This document shows, piece by piece, positions 19,130 through 27,295 of a stretch of 64,000 bases of DNA. The DNA comes from a virus. Made by a program: the position numbers and the translations under genes. Numbering within the stretch: position 1 is the stretch's first letter; every line of letters starts with the position of its first letter. Under the pieces are notes generated by a model. That model was not told the origin of the DNA and did no database searches. It was given only the letters and a program-made list of their open reading frames with translations. Location: IMG/VR virus record IMGVR_UViG_3300017987_000009, positions 1 through 64,000 of that record. One strand, written 5' to 3'.

Positions 19130-19570
19130 ATGACGCTGAAGGGAAAGATCAAGGACAACCACATCCCGCTCAACAAGTTCGAGCTGCTGGTGGCGGGGCT
19201 CCCGCAGATCACGCTGATTACCACCGACGACATCGAGGAGTCGATCAACGTGATCGAGATGCCCGACCGGACGAAGCGCAGCGGCGGGCAGACCTCCGCG
19301 GTCGAGTTCACCGGCACGATCCCGATGCACCACGACGTCGAGGTCGCGGCGCTCGAGGCCTGGTACAAGCAGGGCCAGGACCCGGTGCAGGAGGGCTACC
19401 TCAAGGCGGGGTCGATGATGTGGTACCGGAACGACGGCAGCCCGAGGCCGTTCGAGCTGATCAACCTCTGGGTCTCCGGCCGGACCATACCGGGCGGGGA
19501 CATGGAGAACGACGGAGAGCCGGCGATGCTCACGTTCACCTTCCAGGCGGACGAGGTCACGCCGGTATAG
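19130..19570 (+). CDS. Tail tube protein (T4 gp19-like)
   Basis: 146 aa after sheath; IPLNKFELLV..LEAWY..FELINLWVS pattern. Confidence 0.85.
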   Translation: MTLKGKIKDNHIPLNKFELLVAGLPQITLITTDDIEESINVIEMPDRTKRSGGQTSAVEFTGTIPMHHDVEVAALEAWYKQGQDPVQEGYLKAGSMMWYRNDGSPRPFELINLWVSGRTIPGGDMENDGEPAMLTFTFQADEVTPV

Positions 19571-19634
19571 CAGTCAAACCGACAGCCCCGGCGGCGGGGC
19601 CTATCAAGGCCGCTAGGCCGATTGGAGGTGCGCC

Positions 19635-20600
19635 GTGACAGAATCGGAGACAGTGGGCGGCATCCCGTCCCACGACGGCAACGTGAAGGACGGTCCCGAG
19701 CAGGCGGCCGGCCTGGCCCAGACGACCCTCGGGGGGCGCGGGCCGGTCCTCGCCATGGGCGTGCCGGGCCCAGGCGGCAAGCTCGCGCGTGACATCGAGC
19801 TCCGACCGTGGAAGGGCAGGCAGATGCGCGAGCTCGGCAGGCTCCGCGAGGAGAACGAGAACGCGAACATGTCCGAGCACATCGGGCTGGTCCTGTCGTC
19901 GATGTGCTCGCGCCTCGGCGGGCAGGACTTCTCGAAGCTGCAGGCGAAGGAGCGGAAGCTGTTCGTCTCGCGGATGTACATGGGCGACGTGTTCCACGCG
20001 TACTGCTACGCGCGGCTCAAGTCGCTCGGCCCAGACTTGCACGTGAACTTGACGTGCCCAGCCTGCCGGCTCGAGTTCCCGTGGACCGGCGACCTCGAGA
20101 CGCTGACGGTCGCGACGGCTGAGAGGGTCGAGGACGCCATGTGGGAGTACGAGCTGTTGTCGCCGGTCGAGCTGCGCGGGCAGGCCGTCGAGAGGCTGTC
20201 GATGGGGCCGCCGTACTGGCACCACGTCGAGCGCGCCCAGGTGGAGGGGAGCCTCGACCTCGAGGGCGGCAAGCTCGCGCTTGTCGCCGGCGCGGTGTAC
20301 GGGATCGTAGGCCGCGACGCGCAGACGCCGCTGACCGACGCGGAGATCGACGAGCTGGAGGGCCGTGACATCGAGGGGATCATCGCGCGGCTCGACGACC
20401 ACCACGTCGGGCCGGACATGCGGATCGAGACGCGCTGCGAGCGGAAGGGCTGTCGCAGCCGGATCCTCCGCCCGATCGACTGGAGCTACCAATCTTTTTT
20501 CGGAAGTTCTTCCCGCTCCCCGACGCCAAGGAGCTCTTCGACCGGATGTTCGCGATCACCTTTCACTCTAAGGGCGCGGTCGGCTGGGGCGACGCCCTAG
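19635..20600 (+). CDS. Tail assembly chaperone (T4 gp26-like)
   Basis: Between tube and tape measure; RLKSLG..LTCPAC..GDL and a second Cys-containing unit ending in SFF. Confidence 0.7.
   Translation: MTESETVGGIPSHDGNVKDGPEQAAGLAQTTLGGRGPVLAMGVPGPGGKLARDIELRPWKGRQMRELGRLREENENANMSEHIGLVLSSMCSRLGGQDFSKLQAKERKLFVSRMYMGDVFHAYCYARLKSLGPDLHVNLTCPACRLEFPWTGDLETLTVATAERVEDAMWEYELLSPVELRGQAVERLSMGPPYWHHVERAQVEGSLDLEGGKLALVAGAVYGIVGRDAQTPLTDAEIDELEGRDIEGIIARLDDHHVGPDMRIETRCERKGCRSRILRPIDWSYQSFFGSSSRSPTPRSSSTGCSRSPFTLRARSAGATP
20495..20501 (+). promoter_or_regulatory. -1 ribosomal frameshift slippery site T TTT TTC
   Basis: X XXY YYZ heptamer in the chaperone frame; the -1 frame is open to 20734. Confidence 0.8.
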
Positions 20601-20734
20601 ACATGACGCTCGAGGACCAGGAGGAGTACTTGCGGCGGATGGAGGAGCAGCAGAAGCTGGAGGAGCGGGAGGCCGAGAGGCTGCGCAGGAGGCTGAAGCT
20701 GCGGAGGCCGCGGACCAGGAGGTTCAGGAGGTAG
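20495..20734 (+). CDS. Frameshift extension of the tail chaperone (gp51-like / 'T' part)
   Basis: -1 frame reads FFRKFFPLPDAKELFDRMFAITFHSKGAVGWGDALDMTLEDQEEYL; ends just before the tape measure gene. Confidence 0.75.
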   Translation, partial: FFRKFFPLPDAKELFDRMFAITFHSKGAVGWGDALDMTLEDQEEYLRRMEEQQKLEEREAERLRRRLKLRRPRTRRFRR

Positions 20735-20738
20735 GGCG

Positions 20739-23051
20739 ATGCCGGCCGGCGGGAGCATGCTACTGAAGGCGATCCTCGAGTTCGACGTCGGGCGCGCGAT
20801 GGCGAACATGGGGAAGGCCTCGGTCGGCTTCCGCAGGATGCAGTCGAGCGCCAACCGCGTCACCGGCGGGATGGGCAAGATGGGCGGCGCCTTCGGCCGG
20901 GCGGCGCTTGGCCTCGCGCCGCTCGCTGTCGGCTTCGGCCTGGCCGTCCACCACGCGCGCCAGTTCGGGCGCGGCGTGTCGGAGGTCGCGACGATCGCGG
21001 ACGAGGCCGAGTTCCCGATCTCGAAGATCGAGGCGACGACGCTCGACCTGGCCAAGACCTTCGGGACGGCGCCGGTCGAGCAGACCAAGGGCCTGTACCA
21101 GGCGATCTCCGCCGGCGCGACGTCCGCGGCGGAGGCGACCGGCCTGCTGGACGCGGCGAACAAGCTGGCGATCGGCGGCGTGTCCGACACCTTCACGTCC
21201 ATCGACGTGCTGACCACGGCGCTGAACGCGTACAAGCAGCAGGAGCTCGAGGCGACGGACGCGACGGACACGCTGTTCACCGCGGTTCGCCTGGGCAAGA
21301 CGACGGTCGACGAGCTCGGAGCCGGCCTCGGGCAGGTCATCCCGACAGCGGCGCAGCTCGGCATCAAGTTCTCCGACCTGAACGCGGCGGTCGCGGCCAT
21401 TACCACGCAGGGCATCGTGACCGCGCAGGCGACGACCGGCCTGAACGCGGCCCTCGCCAACATCATCAAGCCGAGCGACCAGGCCAAAGAGGCGGCGGCG
21501 GGGCTGGGGATCGAGTTCACCTCGACCGCGCTCAAGTCGAAGGGGCTGGTCCAGTTCATGGGCGAGATCGTCGACAGGGCCGGCGGGGACGAGGTCGCGC
21601 TGTCCAAGCTGTTCGGGTCGATCCGCGGCGTGCGCGCCATCATGGCGCTGACCAACGCGGAGGGGCAGAAGTTCAACGAGATCGTCGCCGCCATGGAGGA
21701 CCGCGCCGGCGCGGCGGACAAGGCGTTCCAGAAGATGGCGGGGACCGCCGGCTTCCAGATGCGCAAGCTGAACGCGCTGCGCGTGGTGGCGTCGACGGTG
21801 CTTGGCCAGGTCATGACCGGATCGCTGGTGCGGATGGCCGCGCCGCTGGCCGACGTCCTCGAGGGCTTCGTCGGGATACTGGAGGCCGTGAAGTCGGGCG
21901 ACATGAAGGGGCTCGGGCCGACGTCGGCCGCGATCGCGAGCGGGATGCGCGACGCCTTCGACGCGATCAACGCCGGCGTCGACTCGCTCGTCTCGTCGTT
22001 CCGATCAGCCGGCGGCTGGCTGACGAAGGTGCTCGGCCCCGACGCGTGGCAGAAGATCGCCAAGTTCGGGACTGTCCTCGGCATCGCGGCCGCGGCCATC
22101 GCGCCGATCGGGCTCGCCCTCGCCGGCGTCGGCTTCATCGTCCCGGCGGTCGTCACCGCTGTGACGGGCCTCGCCACCGTGATCTCCGGCGCGTTCGGCC
22201 TGATCCTCGGGCCTATCGGCATCGCCATCGCCGCGGTTATCGTGTTCCGCGAGCAGCTGTGGAGCGCGTTCCAGGGGCTGCTCGAGGTGGTCGGCCCGGT
22301 GTTCGAGGACATCAAGGCGATATTCTGGGACCTCGTCGACACCGTGATGCGCGCGTTCGGCGTCATCACCGGCCAGTTCGACCAGGGCACTGGCGCCGCC
22401 AAGGCGGACTGGAGGGAGGTCGGCCGGGTGGTCGGCGCGGTGCTGGGCGCCATCCTGACCAGCGTGGCGAAAGTCGCCGCGTTCGTTGTGAAGCTCGGGG
22501 TCTGGGGTACTGTCGCGTTCAAGTCCGTGGGCGAGGCGATCGGCGAGCTCGGCGGCATTATCGTCAGCATGGCGCTGAGCCCGCTCCGCACGTTGGCCCG
22601 CGGGCTGGTGGCCTTCATGGAGTTCTCGGGGATGGAGGTCCCGTTCTCCATCCGCGCGTACGCCGGCGGCGGCGCCGCGCCGCGGGCGGCCGGCCGCGGG
22701 GTCGGGGGCGGGCAGGCGCGCGGCCTGGGCGAGCGCGTCGCGCAGTTCGGCAAGGCCGAAGCCCGCGCGTCGGCGGAGGAGAAGGTCGCGGCGGAGGAGC
22801 ACCGCGGCGCGCTCGCCTCCGTGCTCGACGAGGTCAAGAACGCGGCGAACAGCGCGGCGGACGGAGCGCACTCAGCCGCCGACGCCGCCAAGAAGAAGCC
22901 TTGCGCGTCCGTCAACCTCGACGGCCGCGAGGTCGCGCGCTCCAACCGCAAGGCGGAGGATGAGATCAAGGAGCGGTCCGGCTTCACCGCGACGCCGTGG
23001 CAGCGGCGGATGGCGGTCGAGCACGGGGCCGTACCGGTGACAAGGAGCTGA
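20739..23051 (+). CDS. Tape measure protein (TP901-family core)
   Basis: Ala/Gly-rich helical sequence; GLYQAISAG..LAIGG..AVRLGKTT..ATTGL core, hydrophobic segments. Confidence 0.92.
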   Translation: MPAGGSMLLKAILEFDVGRAMANMGKASVGFRRMQSSANRVTGGMGKMGGAFGRAALGLAPLAVGFGLAVHHARQFGRGVSEVATIADEAEFPISKIEATTLDLAKTFGTAPVEQTKGLYQAISAGATSAAEATGLLDAANKLAIGGVSDTFTSIDVLTTALNAYKQQELEATDATDTLFTAVRLGKTTVDELGAGLGQVIPTAAQLGIKFSDLNAAVAAITTQGIVTAQATTGLNAALANIIKPSDQAKEAAAGLGIEFTSTALKSKGLVQFMGEIVDRAGGDEVALSKLFGSIRGVRAIMALTNAEGQKFNEIVAAMEDRAGAADKAFQKMAGTAGFQMRKLNALRVVASTVLGQVMTGSLVRMAAPLADVLEGFVGILEAVKSGDMKGLGPTSAAIASGMRDAFDAINAGVDSLVSSFRSAGGWLTKVLGPDAWQKIAKFGTVLGIAAAAIAPIGLALAGVGFIVPAVVTAVTGLATVISGAFGLILGPIGIAIAAVIVFREQLWSAFQGLLEVVGPVFEDIKAIFWDLVDTVMRAFGVITGQFDQGTGAAKADWREVGRVVGAVLGAILTSVAKVAAFVVKLGVWGTVAFKSVGEAIGELGGIIVSMALSPLRTLARGLVAFMEFSGMEVPFSIRAYAGGGAAPRAAGRGVGGGQARGLGERVAQFGKAEARASAEEKVAAEEHRGALASVLDEVKNAANSAADGAHSAADAAKKKPCASVNLDGREVARSNRKAEDEIKERSGFTATPWQRRMAVEHGAVPVTRS

Positions 23052-23053
23052 CT

Positions 23054-23254
23054 ATGAGCAAAGAGAACGGAAACCTGGGGGCTGGCGCTGGCGGGCTAGG
23101 CCTCGGGCCAGGCGGGAAGTGCGTGTGCCCCAAATGCGGCACGAAGGTCGACCACGAGACCGGCAAGACGTGCCTGGACCAGAAGTGCCCGAAGTGCGGG
23201 GCGTCGATGTCCCGCGAGGTGAAGAAGGGCTTCTGGGGCGGGCTCCCACTGTAG
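23054..23254 (+). CDS. Small Cys-rich zinc-ribbon protein ending in the scaffold-like tag FWGGLPL
   Basis: SD AAGGAG + ATG 23054; GPGGKCVCPKCG..C..KCPKCG. Confidence 0.8.
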   Translation: MSKENGNLGAGAGGLGLGPGGKCVCPKCGTKVDHETGKTCLDQKCPKCGASMSREVKKGFWGGLPL

Positions 23255-23263
23255 GCGGCCGGA

Positions 23264-24100
23264 ATGACGCTCGTCCGAGACCTGGCGCAGATCGCGGCCG
23301 GCCCCCTGGCCTCGATCATCAACGCGCTCGGCGCGAAGAAGGTCCACCGCTGGACCATCACCAACCTCGACACGGGAGGCAAGGTCGAGGGGCAGTTCGC
23401 GCCGATCAACCCGCGCGAGACGCCAGGAGGGTCCGAGTTCGCGGAGCATATCTCGCTCAACCGCGACAAGCCAATCACGCAGTTCCTCCACGGGGGCGCG
23501 GACTCGTTCTCCTTCACGGCCATGTGGTTCGCGGTGTTCGAGGCGGACGACACGCCCGAGAAGCGGATACGCACCCTGAGGTCCTGGGGCCGGCGGTTCA
23601 CCGACCTGCAGCGCCCGCCGCGGGTGTCGTTCACCGTCGGCGACGGCACGCTCCTCCCGGGCGAGTGGTTCCTGAAGGTTGGCGAGATCGCCTACTTCGA
23701 CCCGCCGAAGGACGCTGGCGGCATACGCGGGGTGACGGCCGCCGTGGCGCTGCGGGAGTACACGCCGTGGGCGCTGACGTCCGAGCCGGCGCCCGAGACG
23801 CGCTACCACCGCGCGAAGCAGGGCGACTACTACGAGCTCATCGCCTGGTTCGAGTACCGCGACACGACGCGCGGCGACGTGATCCGAAAGCGGAACCCCG
23901 AGAAGCTGTCGCTCGAGATCGGCGACGTCGTGCCGCTGCCGTCGCTCGCGGCGATCCGCACGGTCGCCCGCGTGCCGACGTCCACCACGTTCAAGGGCGT
24001 GACAAAGCAGAAGGCCTCCGACCAGAAGGCGCTGCGCCAGCTGGTGCAGGACCGCAACGACCGGGCGTACGCGTCGGGCACGGTGCCGGAGGGGCTGTAG
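23264..24100 (+). CDS. Baseplate tube-initiator protein with LysM-like domain
   Basis: PITQFLHGG..RPPRVSF, then KQGDYYELIAWFEY..IRKRNP..IGDVVPLP. Confidence 0.75.
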   Translation: MTLVRDLAQIAAGPLASIINALGAKKVHRWTITNLDTGGKVEGQFAPINPRETPGGSEFAEHISLNRDKPITQFLHGGADSFSFTAMWFAVFEADDTPEKRIRTLRSWGRRFTDLQRPPRVSFTVGDGTLLPGEWFLKVGEIAYFDPPKDAGGIRGVTAAVALREYTPWALTSEPAPETRYHRAKQGDYYELIAWFEYRDTTRGDVIRKRNPEKLSLEIGDVVPLPSLAAIRTVARVPTSTTFKGVTKQKASDQKALRQLVQDRNDRAYASGTVPEGL

Positions 24101-25275
24101 TGCCGGGGCGCGACGAGCACAGGGACCTCGCGCCCGGGTTCGAGGTCGAGATCGCGGGCTCCCGCCTCGGCGCGGGCCTGACCGAGCTCGTGCAGTCGCT
24201 GGAGTACGAGAGCGTCGACGGCATCGCGGACGAGGCGCGACTGACTATCGCCAACCCCGACTACGCGCTGAGCAACTCCCCGCTCTGGCAGCCCGGCAAC
24301 GAGATGTCGCTCTGGTTCGGGTACGGCGCGGAGCTCGGCTTCGTCGGGCGCGTCATCACCGTCAAGCCCGAGCCGGCCTTCATGCAGAGCGCGCTGCCGA
24401 CCATCACGCTCAAGGGCTACACCAAGGACCAGCTGATGATGCAGAACAAGCCGTCGCGCGAGAAGGCCGACACCCGGAACTTCGAGGTCGACTCGATCCG
24501 CGACGCGGTCGAGCGCGTCGCCGCCAGGCAGTCGCCGACCGGCGAGAGCGTTTACGCCTTCCAGCACCTCGACATCGACGAGACGCCGCGCAACCGGTTC
24601 GCCGCGCCGCAGAAGGCGGACATGTCAGACTACAACTACGTCAAGGGGCTGGCGAACCTCCTCGGCTGGCTGTTCTGGGTCGACTACCTCGAGGGCCGCG
24701 GCTGGTCCCTGCACTTCAAGGACCCAGAGAACCTCGACGTCCAAGAGAGGAAGTACACCTTCGAGCACAACGCCGGCGACGCGAGCTCGCTGCTCGAGTT
24801 CTACCCCGAGCTCGCGCTGACGGGCGCCGTCACCAAGCTGCAGGTCCAGTCGCGGAACCCCGACACCGGCGAGTCGTTCGTCGAGGAGTTCGAGGACACG
24901 GAGGACGCGCCGGACGCGAAGTACACCGGCGACCCGGCGAAGACCGTCGACGAGCAGTACACGACCGCCGGCGCGGTGGTGAAGCTGTTCTTCGGCGACT
25001 ACGCCGTCGACGTCGTCAGCGACAAGAAGTTCCAGAGCGCCGCGGACATGAAGATCTGGGCGCAGCAGTGGTGGCGCCGCAAGCGGGAGAACTTCGTCGT
25101 CGGCCGCGGCAAGACGGTCGGCGTCGAGGACCTGTTCGCGCGGCAGACGCACCGCCTAGTCCTGCCCGTGGCCAGCCTGACCGGCGACTACTACTTCCCG
25201 CGCGTGCGGCACGTGTTCAACGGCACCGACGGGTACGTCTGCGACGTGAACGCCAGGAAGGAGACGCCGTCGTGA
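24100..25275 (+). CDS. Baseplate hub protein (late control D / gp27-like)
   Basis: GTG 24100; WFGYG..FVG, QKADMSDYNYVKGLA, LTGDYY..VRHVF. Confidence 0.82.
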   Translation: MPGRDEHRDLAPGFEVEIAGSRLGAGLTELVQSLEYESVDGIADEARLTIANPDYALSNSPLWQPGNEMSLWFGYGAELGFVGRVITVKPEPAFMQSALPTITLKGYTKDQLMMQNKPSREKADTRNFEVDSIRDAVERVAARQSPTGESVYAFQHLDIDETPRNRFAAPQKADMSDYNYVKGLANLLGWLFWVDYLEGRGWSLHFKDPENLDVQERKYTFEHNAGDASSLLEFYPELALTGAVTKLQVQSRNPDTGESFVEEFEDTEDAPDAKYTGDPAKTVDEQYTTAGAVVKLFFGDYAVDVVSDKKFQSAADMKIWAQQWWRRKRENFVVGRGKTVGVEDLFARQTHRLVLPVASLTGDYYFPRVRHVFNGTDGYVCDVNARKETPS

Positions 25276-26084
25276 TCTCGTACGAGAAGTACGACGCGGT
25301 GGTGGCGGACACTGCCGACCCGGAGCAGAGGTTCCGCGTCAAGGTGAAGTGCGCCGCGCTGCTCGGCACCGAGGACGTGGTGCTGAACCGGTGGGTGACG
25401 CCGAAGCTGCCGTGGGGCTTCGTCGTGGTGCCGGACGAGGGCGAGCAGATCGAGATCGAGGTCCCGACGCAGGGCGACACCGACGAGGTCCCCGGCCAGT
25501 CGTTCCTCGAGAACCTCGACATCCGGTGGACGGGGAAGAGGTACCAGGGGCCGGGCGCGTACGAGTCGATGTTCTCGTCGAGCAACTACGGCAAGCGGCG
25601 CGGGTTCGTCACGCCGCGCGGCCACATCCTGATGTGGGACGACACCGAGGGGCAGGAGAAGGTCAACCTCGTCTGGCACAGCGCGGACGACGGGTTCTGC
25701 GTGCTCTCGTTCGACGAGGACGGGTCCGTCGTCGTCGCCAACAAGAAGGGCTCGCTGATCTACCTGAACGCCGCGCTGGGCGAGACGTCGTTCGTCGACG
25801 AGCACGGCAACTCGCTCTCAAGCAACAAGGACGGGATGAAGCTGGTCGACCACGCCGGCGGCTTCGTCGACCTCGACGCGAAGAACAAGCTGATCCAGGT
25901 GATGCAGGGGACCGTGTACCTGGGCGGGCTGACCGGCACCGAGCCCGGCGTGCTGGCGGGCCAGCTGCTCACCCACTTCCGGGCGCACGTCCACCCGACC
26001 GGGACGGGGCCGAGCGGCCCGCCGACCGAGACGCCGCCGCTCGCGTTCGACTCCATGAAGTCCGCAGTACTGCAACTGAAATGA
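25272..26084 (+). CDS. Baseplate central spike (gpV/gp5 OB-fold)
   Basis: DPEQRFRVKV, VVPDEGEQI, TPRGHILMWDD, terminal HVH metal-binding motif. Confidence 0.88.
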   Translation: MISYEKYDAVVADTADPEQRFRVKVKCAALLGTEDVVLNRWVTPKLPWGFVVVPDEGEQIEIEVPTQGDTDEVPGQSFLENLDIRWTGKRYQGPGAYESMFSSSNYGKRRGFVTPRGHILMWDDTEGQEKVNLVWHSADDGFCVLSFDEDGSVVVANKKGSLIYLNAALGETSFVDEHGNSLSSNKDGMKLVDHAGGFVDLDAKNKLIQVMQGTVYLGGLTGTEPGVLAGQLLTHFRAHVHPTGTGPSGPPTETPPLAFDSMKSAVLQLK

Positions 26085-26087
26085 CCG

Positions 26088-26423
26088 ATGACAAGCAAGT
26101 GCACGTTCCCGACCCTGCCGACACCGGGCATCCCGGTGCCGCCGTTCCCGCCGCCGGTCCCGTCGCTGCCGACCATGCCGTCGCTGCCGGTCCTCGACGT
26201 GCCGATCCCGCTGCCGACGCTACCGACCCTTGGCGCGCCGATCCCGCCGTTCCCGCCGCCGCTGCCGGCGCTGCCGTCGCTGCCGTCGCTCCCGCCGATC
26301 GACCCGGACATCGACATCGACCTGCCGGTGCTGCCGTCGCTGGCACCGCCTGTCCCGCCGTTCCCGCCGCCGCTGCCGGCGCTGCCCGCGATGCCGCAGC
26401 TGCCGCCGTGCCCGCTGGACTGA
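26088..26423 (+). CDS. Proline-rich repeat protein
   Basis: Fills the gap between spike and next gene; three PPFPPP units; Cys near both ends. Confidence 0.6.
   Translation: MTSKCTFPTLPTPGIPVPPFPPPVPSLPTMPSLPVLDVPIPLPTLPTLGAPIPPFPPPLPALPSLPSLPPIDPDIDIDLPVLPSLAPPVPPFPPPLPALPAMPQLPPCPLD
26242..26386 (+). repeat. 34-bp direct repeat within the proline-rich gene
   Basis: TCCCGCCGTTCCCGCCGCCGCTGCCGGCGCTGCC at 26242-26275 and 26353-26386. Confidence 0.85.
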
Positions 26424-26432
26424 GGTGACGCC

Positions 26433-26915
26433 GTGACAATGAGCCAGGGCACACTGAAGGACGAGCTGGTCGGCATGGGGCTGTTCGGCGAAGAAGCGCC
26501 CGCGATCGCGGCCTGGGCGGCTGCGTTCCGCGCGTACATGGCGGACGCCGAGGCGCCGCTGGGCGGCGTGCCGATCAACACGGCCGCGCTCGGCGCGCCA
26601 GAGACCGCGATGGCCGGCGCGATGGCGGGCCTGTCGAACGCGGGGCAGGCGGCCGCGAAGATCGCGGCGGGCATAACCGCGTTCTGGGGCGCGATGGCGG
26701 CCTCGCCCGCGGTCTACTTTACAGGAGCCACCGCCATCACTCCGCCGGCCGCGCTGACTGGACTAGCGGCCGCGCTGGCTGCTACCTTTGCGGCTAACGT
26801 CTCGAGCGAGGCGTCGGCGTCGGAGGCGTACGACGCGATCGCGACAGACATCGACACGGCCAACACCGGCGGAACCGCAACCTTCCCAGGACCCGTAGTG
26901 CAGACGATCGAGTGA
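26433..26915 (+). CDS. Ala-rich baseplate-associated hypothetical protein
   Basis: SD GAGGT; position in the baseplate operon. Confidence 0.65.
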   Translation: MTMSQGTLKDELVGMGLFGEEAPAIAAWAAAFRAYMADAEAPLGGVPINTAALGAPETAMAGAMAGLSNAGQAAAKIAAGITAFWGAMAASPAVYFTGATAITPPAALTGLAAALAATFAANVSSEASASEAYDAIATDIDTANTGGTATFPGPVVQTIE

Positions 26916-26916
26916 C

Positions 26917-27294
26917 ATGGCAAAGGGACTGAAGATACCGGTCGGAGTGACAGCCACAGGCGGCACCGCGGCAGTCGAGGGGGAGGAGCACAACCTCCAG
27001 CTGATCGGCACGTCCCTGTCGAGCAGCGAGAGCGCGAACGCCTGGCAGCAGGAGGTCAACCTCGGGGAGGACATGATCTTCGGCCTGGACGAGTCGACGC
27101 TGCGCACGACTATCCTCCGCAGGCTGTACCAGATATTCGAGGCGTTCGAGGCCAACAAGCTGTACCAGCTAGACCGCGACTCGATCGAGTGGTCGAGGGA
27201 GCAGGATGGCGAGCTCACCCTGGAGCTCCGGTACATCGACCTCGAGACCGACGAGCCGCGGACCTTCCGCAAGACCTTCACCACGGGAGCGTGA
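26917..27294 (+). CDS. Baseplate wedge protein (gp25-like)
   Basis: 125 aa before the J-like gene; LGEDMIF..LELRYIDLET. Confidence 0.7.
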   Translation: MAKGLKIPVGVTATGGTAAVEGEEHNLQLIGTSLSSSESANAWQQEVNLGEDMIFGLDESTLRTTILRRLYQIFEAFEANKLYQLDRDSIEWSREQDGELTLELRYIDLETDEPRTFRKTFTTGA

Positions 27295-27295
27295 C

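Noticed and set aside
20597-22987. Long minus-strand and alternate-frame ORFs (e.g. 20597-22987, 30272-32491, 4994-6982, 16208-18070, 46461-48203)
   Set aside because: Shadows of high-GC3 plus-strand genes; Arg/Ala/Ser-rich, no motifs, no SD. Only the intein-nested ORF has both motifs and an SD.
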